DNA of 63,474 nucleotides, filler included, from Octopus bimaculoides (taxonomy: Eukaryota): NCBI RefSeq assembly GCF_001194135.2. It is 6 parts of 5 records of this genome, joined end to end, with 100 filler letters (N's around TTAATTAATTAA, not from the genome) between each part and the next. Parts side by side here need not be neighbours in the genome. Positions count along the whole stretch, not along the records: positions 31,849 to 40,181 come from NC_069000.1; positions 40,282 to 55,720 come from NC_068988.1; 4 more parts are not named here. One strand, 5' to 3'. This document shows positions 39,300 through 52,215 of the stretch, piece after piece (position 1 is the stretch's first letter; each line of letters opens with the position of its first letter). The position numbers were made by a program, and so were the translations under genes. A model generated the notes under the pieces. The model was not told the origin of the DNA, made no database searches, and was given only the letters and a program-made list of their open reading frames with translations.

Positions 39300-39560
39300 T
39301 GACGTTGCAAAAAACATGGACAAAATGATAAACAAGGTACAAAAAACAAGCAGACCACATAGAGAACATATCCTTCATCAGCTGCCACCATTAAAACACC
39401 GGTGTTTCGAAGAGTTAGGGCAGGACGCATCGTTAAAATGGCTCTTCCCACGAACACAATTTTTTTTCGTGGAGGATAGTGGCGGACCGAAAACAAGACA
39501 GGAAAACGAAACGGTGAAATAAACAAACAAAAAGGCTGTACAGCCAGACGTGGAGAAGTG
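39300..39560 (-). mobile_element. Possible Penelope-like terminal repeat with a decayed hammerhead
   Basis: Minus strand GAAGAG...CUCUUC-GAAAC-ACCGGU-GUU has a palindromic stem III, but the CUGANGA core is damaged. Abuts a microsatellite. Confidence 0.3.
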
Positions 39561-40181
39561 TGTGTGTATACACACACACACATACGCATATACATGATGA
39601 TGATGATGCACAATCTAAAACTGTAGGTCCGGTAAGACTTGTACCCTACTGACATGTTCCAGCGACAAGCAAGGTATCTAGTGCCAAAAGGATCTGAAGG
39701 GCAAACGAATAATCCCCAAAATGGTAAATGCCATTCCCTGAATATCTGCTTTCATATCAGTGACCTTCTAGAGACGTGGTTTAACAAAAGTTAAGAGATG
39801 CCTCACTCATAATGGACTTCCAACACGCAGGACACCAACAGGTAATATCTAAGGGGCCGTGCATACAGTATACATATTTACATACACGTATACATACATA
39901 CATACATATATACATACATACATACATACATACATTATTTTAATAATTATTTTAATAATCGTTACTTTGTATTTTATTATAGTTATTTTTAGTGTATTTA
40001 CTTAATAAATATTTCTATATGTGACTGTGGATTTTCATGGATGAGTTCAGCAGTTGTGGTCTTTATATATTTATATATTATATACCGTGAAACTTAATTT
40101 AATTTTAATTTTGATAATTTAAATTAAAATAAGTTTTTACCTGTAAATTTGGATTTTATCCCTAATATTATTATCATAATT

Positions 40182-40281
40182 NNNNNNNNNNNNNNNNNNN
40201 NNNNNNNNNNNNNNNNNNNNNNNNNTTAATTAATTAANNNNNNNNNNNNNNNNNNNNNNNNNNNNNNNNNNNNNNNNNNNN
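40182..40281. other. Artificial scaffold linker
   Basis: 44 N + TTAATTAATTAA (40226-40237) + 44 N. Confidence 0.97.
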
Positions 40282-40530
40282 AAATGGCGTCGAAAATGCT
40301 CAGTTTTGTCCATTTCACATTCCATTTTAATGATCTGAAAATGCAAAAAGAAAAAGAAAAAATTCAACAAAATTAAAAACTCAAAACACACTATCTTGTA
40401 GAACAAAAAAAAAAAAAATTCTCATACAAATAACATAAAAGATTTTGCCAATGTGTTTTATTTCTTCGTGCATTTTTCATTTTTAAATTTGAAAAAAAGA
40501 CGCCCATGAATTATTCCCCAATCCAAAATA
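40282..40530. mobile_element. One end of a mariner-like non-autonomous element
   Basis: cgcccatgaattattccccaatccaaaa-TA resembles a mariner-type TIR followed by a TA target site. The other end is lost at the linker. Confidence 0.4.
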
Positions 40531-40621
40531 TGTATGTATGTATGTATGTATGTATGTTTGTATGTATGTATGTATGTATGTATGTATGTATACCTGTGCG
40601 TGTGCCTGCATTTGTCCTCAA

Positions 40622-40745
40622 GCACCGTTTGTACCAGGTTTTAAAGAAATAAGTACTAGAATTGATCCTTTCAACTAAAATTCTGCAATGCGTTGCCCCA
40701 GCATGACCGCAGTCTAATGATTGAAACAAGTAAAAGATATAAGAT
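40622..40745 (+). mobile_element. SINE 3' part (octopus type)
   Basis: aataagtactag...ccccagcatgaccgcagtctaatgattgaaacaagtaaaaga matches the tail at 60410-60510. Confidence 0.65.
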
Positions 40746-42133
40746 ATAAAGATGAAACGTTTAACAATTTCGTAACGATCAATTTTAAATGTAAGATAGT
40801 ATATGTTGTCATGGAAACATAATATCAAACACATCGCACGGGGACTTAATAACAACCCTAAAAATTATGTGCAGAAGAGACTGTGGCGATTTTGAAAATG
40901 GAAATTTTAAATGTTTATTGGAGAGAATTTCCAGGTAATTATGTTCAAGCAGGTAACATACTTTTATAATTGATTATCTTGCGTGAGACTAAATTCTTGC
41001 TTTTTAATCTACGAGGAGACATCAAAGAGTTTCAGTCATTTGATGATGGAATGCGTTTAATTACTTTCCCCGTAGATACTGAAATATAACACGCATTAAC
41101 CTCCGCATAAAAATATGATACGCAAAATAATATNNNNNNNNNNNNNNNNNNNNNNNNNNNNNNNNNNNNNNNNNNNNNNNNNNAGTAAGAGCAAGCTCTG
41201 CACTTTTCTCATTAACAATATTAACCCCGTTTAAGATGTCAGGATGAACTTAACAATAAGAGAATACTTTTAAAGTGCCAGCTTCTTGACAATTATAAAT
41301 GAGTTACTGTCTCGTTGATAGATTACACATAATAAGACAGATCATTAAACAAGTAGTAGTAGTAGTAGTAGTAGTAGTAGCAGCAGCAGTAGTAGTAGCA
41401 GCAGTAGTAGGAGCTGCACTGTCATTTCATATTGTTTTATATGTCTCAAGCAGACACAATCGATGTTACATATAGCCCGCACGTGCTTAACGAATTTTTG
41501 AGACGAGTCATAAAATGCGAGAGTATTTAGAAATTTGAGTGATCTTAATGCCTGCCACTGGTGTGTATGTATTACTTTGCCGTCAAACGCAACGCCTGCG
41601 CTCCCCACCTCTGTTTTAAAACAAGTTTAACGTTAGCATGTATGTAGGTATATATATATAACCTTTAAGCGGTTGATACCATACCGTAACACTTTTAGTG
41701 CTAAACTTAAAGTGCGGTAAACCGAGAAAAAGGAAGATTATCGCAGAGCTGAGATTTAAGTCTTTGTTTCCCCATTAACTGCGCTTCATTTCATGGACAA
41801 CTATCCGTTGAGGATTTTAAGGGCTTTGAGTCTTTCGTCAGTCGTTCGTTCGATTGATCAAGTTGTAGCTAGCATCTCCGCAACAAGAACAGCCAACAGC
41901 TCTTCCTTCTTTAAGCAAAGCCATCAACTGGCTTTGTCTGCAGCCCTTCATGTTGGATCGTACTCGTTATAATTGTAGATTTTAGCAATAAAACATCACC
42001 ATCAACAGTAATTAATTAATCCTCATCACGAGAAAGGGATTATTTCTTTCAGATAACAAATAACTAATCCAAATTAAAGAAATGTTCAGAATTAAGATAT
42101 CAGAGAAAGAGAATAAAAATGAAGAGTTTTTAC

Positions 42134-42187
42134 CTTTTCTCCGGACTCTCCTTTGCGACCAGGTAATCCAGTAAGACCATCGTTTCC
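42134..42187 (-). CDS. Collagen exon 4 in window (54 bp): GNDGLTGLPGRKGESGEK
   Basis: ttcttag|GGA...AAG|gtaaaa. Phase 0-0, six Gly-X-Y triplets. Confidence 0.9.
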
Positions 42188-42249
42188 CTAAGAATAACGA
42201 CAATAATAATTACATTAATGTAAATAATATTGAAATGATTATAATTGTT

Positions 42250-42441
42250 TAAAATTTTGGCACAAGGCCAGCAAATTCAAGGGTGGGGCAAGACGATTTG
42301 ATCTATTCCAGTTTTTGACTGGTGCTTATTTTATCGACGCTCAAAAGGATGGAAGGTAAAGTTGACCTTAGTGGGATTTGAACGCATAACATAAAGTCAG
42401 AACAACTGCTGCATGCAAAGCGCTTATCCGACACTCTAACG
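42250..42441 (-). mobile_element. tRNA-derived SINE (octopus type), diverged, head truncated
   Basis: Reverse complement aligns with 47270-47340 (gttca..cc..aggtc.acttt.cctt.catccttt...gtcgat.aaataa). Confidence 0.75.
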
Positions 42442-43378
42442 GAGGCCGAGGAAGGGCGAATGGTACCGCGAGTGTCGCGTTGCTTTCGATCAACTATGCC
42501 GTCCCGGGTCGATCTTGAGCGACTGCAACACAACGGATGCATTCTATAGGAGATTAGTGGAGGGGAGGTACCACGACGATCTCGGGGCGGACCTGGGCGT
42601 CGACGAGGAATACCTGACCCGCCTGTTCAAGACGACTTTCGGGCCGGGACCTATGGACAACTACCAGAAACCCCTGGCCTGGCAGTGCTATCGAGAAGCG
42701 CTACCCGTTCGGGATAAGCTCTACAAGCATGGCTCGAGAAACACGGGGCCGACCTGCCCGAGTTGTGGTGAGAGCGACGAAACCGTTCTGCACGTACTCG
42801 TACAGTGTCCAACCATTTCCGATCTGTGGGCCTATGTCAAACGACTGCTGTCGCGTGTGGGACGAGTCGGTTTATCAAACGAGTCTATCGTGAATATTGC
42901 CGAGCCTCCTTCCCTGAGACGGGAAGGAAGAGCTGTTTTTATTGTACTTTTGGCTATGGCGAAAAAATCTGTATGGTGGACACGTCTGAAAGGTCTAGAG
43001 ACAATCACGTTCCTCTCTGGTCAATCTCTCATCAACTTCTTCAAGTATGACTTGAAAAGGAAGGTGAGAGTAGAGAGGGAAGCTTTGTCTAGTGAATGCT
43101 TCAAAAAATGATGGGTGAATGTAGCAAGGATGGCACGGGTGAATGACGGAGCCATCTTGAGCATAATCCTATGAACCAGAAAAAGAAAGGAAAAAAGAGA
43201 GTCACTTACTGTAATGTGTTGTTTTTTTTGCATGACATTATTGCCCGAAATTACCGTGGTCTTTTCTGTAGGCTTTTCTTTCCACGGATAAACCTAATCT
43301 GTTTTCCATTTTACATTATGACATTTCTGTGATACACGATCCCTATTGATCGGCTTCCTTTTTTCCTTCTTTTCCCCT
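42442..43378 (+). mobile_element. Tx1/L1-clade LINE 3' fragment (C-terminal zinc finger, zf-RVT-like) plus 3' UTR
   Basis: AWQCYREALPVRDKL...CPSCGESDETVLHVLVQCP..LW is the CCHC motif typical of L1/Tx1 ORF2 ends. GC- and CpG-rich. Confidence 0.85.
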
Positions 43379-43600
43379 NNNNNNNNNNTCCTATGAACCA
43401 GAAAAAGAAAGGAAAAAAGAGAGTCACTTACTGTAATGTGTTGTTTTTTTTGCATGACATTATTGCCCGAAATTACCGTGGTCTTTTCTGTAGGCTTTTC
43501 TTTCCACGGATAAACCTAATCTGTTTTCCATTTTACATTATGACATTTCTGTGATACACGATCCCTATTGATCGGCTTCCTTTTTTCCTTCTTTTCCCCT
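43167..43600. repeat. 212-bp apparently identical duplication flanking a 10-N gap (unmerged contig overlap)
   Basis: 43167-43378 equals 43389-43600, with N10 between. Confidence 0.9.
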
Positions 43601-44459
43601 TCTTTCCACGATTACTTTTGATCGAAATTCTACACACCCGCTTTTTTTTTATTCTCTTCCCAAAATGAAAAGTTCTACTTTGTATTTTGTCACCTCTGTG
43701 TTCAGATATATAAGGTTCTATCTATTAATGTATCTATTTCTTTATCCAACTATCTATCTATCTATTTGTCTCTCTGTCTGTATTCATTTATGCATATATG
43801 TATGATAAATTAATTTTATTTTATTTCTGAGTTTCTGTAAACGCTTGTAAAACCAGTTGATATTAACACTTAGGTTGCGTTTATTAGAAATAACCAGTTA
43901 TAATAGTTTTTGTACACCAGAAACGGGTTTTCTCTGCAAATAATCAAACACTTCAGTGTTGACATTAAGTCTTAGATGACACTCGTACGTAAATCAATAG
44001 CCAGCCGTTCCTCTCAAATGGAAATTGTATTGCATTTAGTCAATATTGGTATCACACCTTGTATGACAACTGTACGAATCTGTGATACTGATTAATACAA
44101 GCTTATGTTCATCATTGTAGAATGATAGAAAGCAACCACTCAAACCTCATGCCTGAAACTTTGCGCTACTGAATGTCCTTTTTCTCTTGTATTCATCCTT
44201 TGTTTATTTCAATCATTAGACTCCGGCCATCAAAAAATGCTATTTTACATTGTTTTGTTTATAAGCAAGATTAATGTAATGCCAATGTAAATCATATGGA
44301 TTTTGAATTTTTATTTATTAATATGGAAGGGTCAGTATATACATACATACACACACACATACATACATACATACATTCACACACATACATGTGGACGTGC
44401 CGGGAAACTCCGAGTACTTTATGTGAGAGTTTCATAACTATACAATATGGTATATATAA

Positions 44460-44496
<37 letters not shown>

Positions 44497-44506
44497 NNNN
44501 NNNNNN

Positions 44507-44552
<46 letters not shown>

Positions 44553-44970
44553 GTAGATACATAGATAGATAGATAGATGTACATATGCATCTATATATCT
44601 ATGTCTATCTGTATAACTATGATGCCAGAAAGTTCGTTTCGTAATCAAGTGGTAAGTCGTTTAATCACGTTCTGCGACACTTTGGACAAATAGATTCCGT
44701 TCTATCATAAAATTGGCCGATAACTAATGTGTAGCATTTGATAGAGAACACATGCACACACACATGCACGCAAACACACATACACAAACACACACACACA
44801 CACACACACATAGAAAGCACATTCATATGTGTTTACATGAGTGAATGGAGACGTGTGTCTGCGGCTTGTTTGCCAATGTGTTTAGTTGCGTCCTTTTAAT
44901 TCTTAATTAAAACAATATGGCTTTAGTATGTTATATTATGTACATACACGCATGCGTATTCCTTACTTAC

Positions 44971-45024
44971 TTTCTCTCCTCTCAATCCCCGAGATCCTTC
45001 AGGGCCACGAGGGCCAATGGCACC
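44971..45024 (-). CDS. Collagen exon 3 in window (54 bp): GAIGPRGPEGSRGLRGEK
   Basis: tttttag|GGT...AAA|gtaagt. Phase 0-0, six Gly-X-Y triplets. Confidence 0.93.
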
Positions 45025-45637
45025 CTAAAAATATATAAAAAAAATAAAAAATAAAAAGGAAAACACACGAATACGTATATTTTTCGTTTCCACTGAAGTT
45101 CAATTTTCTCTGGGGTTATATGTAGCAAAGTAGATTGACCTAACATATAGCTGTTGCTTATTTTTAGGGGTTTCGCAGAGAGGAAAAATAAAATTACACA
45201 ACAGTTGGGTCTGAACTTAGTAAAGAGTCAAAATACACTATTTTACGGACCACAGGTCAGCGCTTTAGTATTTGCACCAACTCACAGCCATTAAAATAAT
45301 TTACATATATATAAATTATATATAAATTATCAATATGTATAACGTACTTACTCATGTATAAGCCACACGCCAGATTTTTCAATTAAAAGCAAGTATAAAA
45401 TAGAGCGGCGACTTATGCACCAGAGAATACGGTGTATATTTATATATATATATATATGTACATACACATATATATGTGTATGTATGTATGTAGGTATGTG
45501 TGTGTATATATATGTATGTATGTATGTATATATCGTAGATCTATATTATCTAAATATAATGTTGATGCATATTTGCATACAATACTGTTGGATATAATTA
45601 GAACAATATTGCTATGAAAAGAAAACGTTCTATCTAC

Positions 45638-45745
45638 CTTCTCACCATCGGCTCCTCGTGGGCCCGGTAGGCCTCTTAATCCTGGTACTCCGGGTAAACC
45701 TCGTTCGCCATCCCTACCATTAATTCCGGGGATTCCTGGAAGACC
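45638..45745 (-). CDS. Collagen exon 2 in window (108 bp): GLPGIPGINGRDGERGLPGVPGLRGLPGPRGADGEK
   Basis: tttttcag|GGT...AAG|gtagat. Phase 0-0, twelve Gly-X-Y triplets. Confidence 0.95.
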
Positions 45746-46089
45746 CTGAAAAAAATATATATAATACAATTGCATCAGATTTTTAGTCAGTGAAACCACT
45801 AAAACACAAGCAGTTATAATCTCCGTTACTTTATTATTTTCACTACAGTAGTTTCATGCGAGTTTATATTGCACCACTTGGTGCAGCACCGTGATCGTAT
45901 GGTGTGAGGGGAAGCATTCGAGTATTGTAATGAAAACACCTCTACTCTTTAAAATAAGATAGGATTGAATCCAGAATTGGCGAAAACTAGCGATGGTTCC
46001 TCACCAGTTTTCGCCAACAATAAATCTATAGAGCTGTTAGATGATTTCTACAAGTTTATCGTTTGAAATCGATAAAATAAGGATCAGTT

Positions 46090-46180
46090 GAGCAATGTAA
46101 GGACCAGCTGAGCAGATGTAATTGACTTAAACTTCTTCCCCGAACTTGCTGGCCTTGTGCCAAAATTTGAAACCAATATG
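46090..46180 (+). mobile_element. SINE 3' tail fragment
   Basis: gctggccttgtgccaaaatttgaaacc is the reverse complement of the tail at 42250-42275. Confidence 0.55.
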
Positions 46181-47217
46181 TTGTACTGGAATAACTCCTT
46201 ATATTTATAAAGGAGGTAAAAATATAAACAGCAAAAAAACGGAAGCCGTATCATCCGTAATTTTACTGTAATGAAATAAAGAAATAAAGATGTAACCAAA
46301 ACTTGTTCCAATTATATCTTTGAATTAGTTTGGTGAGAATTTCATCAATGAATTTGCCAGAAATAAGTACTTGAAATTATATGAAGAAACGTAGTAGTAA
46401 TATCAAGTGGCTCGCGAGTGTCGAGAAGTCTGTTCAGTTGGATGGCTGTGTCTTCTTTCCCTACTTCTATAAATACATCTGCTTTTGATCAGAGACTCAC
46501 TCCCTCGACTCCTCTAAAGATATCTGCTTTCTCTCTACCACCCTACGAATGCCTCCAACTGCCAACAGATCTTCGACCATATCTCTTCCTGCTTCGAGGA
46601 TGTATGTATGCACATGTGTGTGTATATGTATGTGTATGGTGTGTGTGTATGTATATATATATATATTATGTGTGTGTGTGTGTGTGTGTGTGTGTCACTT
46701 CATTCTTCTCTAAATTCATCGCCCTCGTTGACTTCAGCGCTAACAACTTTACTTGCTTTTTGCACTCATCCTTATACTGATGTCGCTAGAGCAGAAACTA
46801 AATATTTTGCAATCCTCAACTCTTTATTACAAGTACATAAATGACGGGGAAAGATACCCAGGGACGCTTGCTGCATAAAAGATAACAGTAGAGTGGATGC
46901 TAGCATATAACTGGACCAAGAAATTTTCTTAATTAAAATTGAATATTTAATGGCAAAATATTTTCATTAATTTAAGTTTATGCGTTTTGTGTGAAAATCA
47001 TTTACCAAAGGACAAAATCTGGTTAAAAAAGAAGAGAGACTACCAAGAAATTTTAATATATGAAAATTAGTTAAATGAAAATTAGTTAGCTGCTGTGACG
47101 AATATGTTTGATGTTTTTCTAGTTTTTATCCTGTAAAAGTATTACTGACATTCCAAACTCTGTTGATTACTTTCTCATTTCCTAATCCTAAATTCTACCA
47201 AACTATCTCGATGTCTG

Positions 47218-47432
47218 TACTTACAGTGTTCGGGCGAAACGATTAGCGGTATTTCGTCTGCCGCTACGTTCTGAGTTCATATTCCGCCGAGGTCGACTTT
47301 GCCTTTCATCCTTTCGGGGTCGATCAAATAAATACCAGTTACGCATTGAGATCGATGTAATCGACTTAATCCGTTTATCTGTCCTTGTTTGTCCCCTCTA
47401 TGTTTAGCCCCTTGTGAGCAATAAAGAAATAA
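47218..47432 (+). mobile_element. tRNA-derived SINE (octopus type)
   Basis: B-box-like GAGTTCATATTCC, body ggtcgactttgcctttcatcctttcggggtcgat, A-rich end. Confidence 0.85.
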
Positions 47433-47619
47433 TTGTGATTAAACCATCGCTCTAAGCCCTCGCAATATATAACATTCTCTCCTCGCAAAGTTGATTAGTC
47501 GAACTTAGTCAATTACATGACAACCGCTTTTCACGGTGCAAGCGCTTCACTCCTGAGAATTCAGAGACATCTTAGAGGACTGAAATTATCTTCTTGGGTA
47601 TATCTTTTCAAATCCTCAA

Positions 47620-47990
47620 CAACGGATACATAAAATCTCATTTCCATCGAATGGTTTATGCATCACAGTAGTTCAGTTAAAATCACGGCCTACAACAATT
47701 GGCAAAAGATTCACCCTCACTCCACCTTACATTCGAAACCCGGCACCTTTTATTCACCGTCACAATTCCTGGAAATATATCGACCGAAACCGAAAGGATG
47801 TCTTTCTTTATGCATTCAAAAGCACATAAACTTTTCCGCTTCGCAAACTGTAACCGATTCGTTTGGTTCTTTGCAAGAAAAGGTATCAACTTTAAGGGAT
47901 CTTTTATCAGTCCATTTTTTTTCGACCATGATAATTCCGTAAGAGGTGGGCCCGTGGTGAAAATCTCCACATTTGTCACTCATTTTGCGC
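47620..47990 (-). mobile_element. Decayed Tc1/mariner transposase fragment
   Basis: LIPFLAKNQTNRLQFAK...FPGIVT resembles the mariner region upstream of the first catalytic Asp. Confidence 0.4.
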
Positions 47991-48061
47991 TTCTCTATAC
48001 TGCTCACACTAAATAAATGTCAGAAATATTCCTTTCAAATGCACCACGCTTACCATCCTAT

Positions 48062-48063
<2 letters not shown>

Positions 48064-48152
<89 letters not shown>

Positions 48153-48342
48153 TCACACTCACACACGCATACACACAGACACACACACATATGCACACAC
48201 AAAACACGCACACACATATACACACGTCATCGTCAAGGTATCCTCTCATCTGTTTATACCTGCTTAAAATTTTACCTGGATACATCAATAAAATTCTACT
48301 GTAACAGCTGTAGTAAATTTTAAACCCCGTCTGTGTTCTTTT

Positions 48343-48425
<83 letters not shown>
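48064..48425. repeat. Two (CA)n microsatellites (48064-48150 and 48346-48425)
   Basis: Pure CA runs. Confidence 0.95.
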
Positions 48426-48427
<2 letters not shown>

Positions 48428-48456
48428 CTAAAGTGGAAATAATGTGATATACTTAC

Positions 48457-48516
48457 ATCAGTTCCATTTATACCGGGTTTACCTCGTGGACAGACAATGT
48501 TACATTTGGGTTTTTT
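48457..48516 (-). CDS. Collagen exon 1 in window (60 bp): KKPKCNIVCPRGKPGINGTD, start of the triple helix
   Basis: ttttatag|AAA...GAT|gtaagt. Phase 0-0. The GKP-GIN-GTD register runs directly into the 108-bp exon. CxxxCP precedes the helix. Confidence 0.85.
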
Positions 48517-49545
48517 CTATAAAACATATCATGGCGCATAATTAGCGACAAAGTATAAAAAACTGTAGACTATAGTCAAATTCTACATTTAAAGATTATT
48601 GATTTAAAAACAGTTTTATCATAAAATCCTAAAAGCGAACATGACATTTGATGTATTGAAGAATTTCACACGAATATTTTGTTACTATAATAAAATATTG
48701 AAGATATTGAACCATTTTCAAATGTATATTGACTTAAAACAATATTTTTCATGCATGAAATAACCAGAACGAAACACAACATTTATATTGCAATCATAGT
48801 TTGGTATTCCAACTCAAACTGTTTTTACATATTTAAGAAAACAACTTTATGACAAAAAGTAATTGAAATACTCATGGTTTAAAATTACATATATTTATAT
48901 ACCATGTATATATAAATTTACATACATAAAATTGTATATTATATATATATACATAATATATGTATATAAATATATACATATATACATACATATGTATATA
49001 GAAATTTTAGTTCGATAAGGATATAAGAAAGCATTCAGTAAATGTGGAAATATATAAATGATGAAAGACAATAAGTTTTGATTAAGTGGGGGAAGGGTGG
49101 TAAATGTTTAAAGTAAACAAAAAAATAAATAAAACAATTATTGCCATATACACAATGATTAACAGGTTCAGTTTGTACTATAGTTATGATGCATTATACA
49201 CACTGTTTTAAACATAAGCAGCAAGGTTTAGTCAACATAAAATATATAATATTTGTTATTTCATAATGGGGGTCGAACGACAAAATTATGAAAATAGAAT
49301 AGCATCAGATGAAAATAATGTTAAAACAAATAAGGGATAATATTCATGCACAATTGATGGCTCCTTTGCGATTGTTATGTAAATTTCTGCTGATATCTAA
49401 GCATATATTCTTTACATTTAATGTATTTATTTATAAAGAAATTTCAGAGTAGTTCAGCAAATGTCGGATTAAGCTGAAAAATATCCGGATGAGAGGAAAA
49501 ATTGCTTGAGGACTGTTTATTAACAAAGATAAAACCCAAACAAAG

Positions 49546-49616
<71 letters not shown>

Positions 49617-51182
49617 AACTATAATTGCTATTACAGAATTAAGACACCTTATGTATATTTTATTTGTTAGTGTCATAAACTTTGAAGAACGCTCTAGAAA
49701 ATGGCTGCTTTTACAATGAGATAAATGGACGCCATATTGTCGGTTGATAATCTGGAGCTGGATAATTTTTCTCTGACCGAGATGTATTCTATTATCCTTT
49801 GTTTTATCCATATTAATTAAGTTCTAATTATGCATAAATAACGAAAATCAAAACTGGTAGATGCCCAAGAAATTATTAAGGGATCTCTATTATGTCTATC
49901 TCTGCCTAAACAAAAACTCATGAAATTTTATACAAAATTAATGTGCTGTTTTGTATTTAGTTTGGAAGATTCTTGGCGTGGACTTGTGTGTTGAAATAGA
50001 TTTTGTTTTATCTCGGGAGGGGCATTATGCCAATAATAAACACACACACTGGTTCTATATCACTTCTTTGTAATTAATTGATTGGTTAATTATTGAACCA
50101 ATTCACTAATTGATTGCTTGATTAATCAATCGGTTTATCAATCAATCAGTTATGTTTATCAAAAACCTTTTGTCGCCATTCGCGACCACAAAATGCACAA
50201 AATTAATACATTATCAGGAATTGAGGGCTATTATGAATTTTCTTATGACATTATTGCTGAATTGACTTTTATTTGTTTATCTATTTATTTATTTTATGTT
50301 TGCCGAGAAAATTTCTAGTATGTTATCATTCGTAAATTAAACAACTTTAGTGTTTGAAGACACACCTAAAATAAAAAAAAAGCATCATTATAAATCCATA
50401 GTATAAAATAAGCGGAGAAAAGCATTTCCGTGAAACTGCAAGTGATAATTTGGTTTAACTTAATCGCTTGAATATTTAAGCTAAAATCCATAGTGATGAA
50501 TATGATTCTATACTTTTCCTTTACATTTATTTAAAAGATATTTAAAGTTCAAAGATATATCACTCCAGAGAGATTAACAAGTATGGGGAGAACTATTTTA
50601 TTTGTTGTTAAATATTTCTAAACATTTTTATTCTATAATTAAATTGTTAATTAAATGATAATTAAATGATAATCAGGACACGAAAGAAATTAATTACGCT
50701 ATTTCGTTTTTAATGAAATGGCAATAGATAACGAAATTTATAACAGAAAATATACGAAATTCTATTTCTAATCATGCTTGCAGTAAACTATGAGTAGAAA
50801 ATTATTATTATTATTATTTTTTGATAGTTACAATTCCGTTTGAAATGAAAGTCAATTCTACATGGTCATGTATAAGCGCATCTCAAATGATCTCTAAATA
50901 TAGACAAGGGCAAAATGGTAGTATTGAAGTTCGTGCAACAGCTGTGGCAGTAGTAATTTGTTACAAATTGTAATTTAATTAGGATCAGCATCAACAGACA
51001 GAAGAGGAAAAAGAAATTAGGGAAGGGATTGACAGAGAGTAGGAATGAGATAAATGATCTATAAGAGTTATTTGTTCAAAAGAATGAAAGAAAAGCCGAA
51101 ATCCACAAAAAAAGGAGAGAAAAAAAATGACAGAATAAAATGCGCAAGCAAGATTGGCGCCCAAGAGTGGCATATCCTCTAC

Positions 51183-51245
51183 CTGAGACGATGTTTTTTT
51201 CTTGAAATTAATTCCAATGGGACGCTGAAGAATAAGAGGAATATT
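51183..51245 (-). CDS. Candidate upstream exon of the collagen (63 bp, NIPLILQRPIGINFKKKTSSQ; alternative in-frame acceptor gives 42 bp)
   Basis: tacag| acceptor and CAG|gtagag donor, phase 0-0 compatible. No motif support. Confidence 0.3.
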
Positions 51246-52039
51246 CTGTATAGCTAATGCAACGGCAGTAAACATTAATCTCCGCTATTTGGCAATAGAA
51301 AGGAGCAATTAAGTGTGTGGTAATGTGTATTTGTCTAAATATATATATGTGTGATATTGTGATATTGTCACATATCTACAATGTTAGTAAAAAAAAAAAA
51401 CGATATCAAATCATTGCTTATGTATAACGTCCGTCAAATGCTGGTGATTAATAATAACACAATTCCATCAGAAATAAACATGTTAATGAAATCACTATTA
51501 ACATTAAAAACAATGTGAGGGAGAGACACATTGAGTTAAAATAGACATTAACTGATCGTTAAGCCAATAACGTTTGAGGATATATTAAAAAAAAGTTTTT
51601 AAGGAACGACCAAAGAAATATGAATATCTTTCTTGTATCAATATTTGATGTGTTAATATTTATTGATACATGTTCTGTAAAATAAATAAACTATTACGGC
51701 TACACAACTTATTACATGAATTTTTAAGACGTAACCACTTTTAAATTAGTTATAAACAATCCACGAGAATTGATGTTCTCTCATATAATCAGATTCCAAA
51801 TCTAATAGGAGGATTATCATCTGAAATGAAGTACAAAGCGAATATTAACTGATCAAGTTGACAATATCACTCATGCAACAGAAGAATAACAATTGATAAA
51901 TCTGATGAGGAAAGGTTCGTGGAGTCGACATTTTGTTTGAATTCGTTGTTTGTTGACGATTTTAACTTCAAATTCCAAAGAGTAAATTTTATATAACATC
52001 ATGTTTTCTGTATGGAAGTAAGAAGAACCAAATAGACAG

Positions 52040-52215
52040 GTCATTGTGCCTTTAACAGATGTGGGGTGTAATGGTTACATTCTGTCGTATTTCGGGGGAA
52101 AATCTTGGAAACTTGGGTTCAACAGGCTTTCAGCAATAAGTACTTCTTCATCTCGAATGTTGGTGTAGCTTTGCGCTTGTTTTGTTTTCGCGGAAACAAC
52201 TGAAACTTCTCTAAG
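52040..52215 (-). mobile_element. Possible Penelope-like GIY-YIG C-terminal relic
   Basis: KFQLFP...ATPTFEMKKYLL resembles the end of Penelope ORFs. Frameshifted. Confidence 0.35.

Noticed and set aside
41790-41990. GC-richer block with LKKEELLAVLVAEML, reminiscent of Polinton or viral accessory ORFs
   Set aside because: Short, stop-interrupted, and no diagnostic motif.
47218-47300. tRNA gene (B-box-like GTTCA..TCC)
   Set aside because: No cloverleaf; it is the tRNA-derived head of a SINE. No tRNA, rRNA or snRNA gene was recognised in the window.
51901-51930. CUGAUGA core suggesting a hammerhead
   Set aside because: No stem II or GAAA follows.
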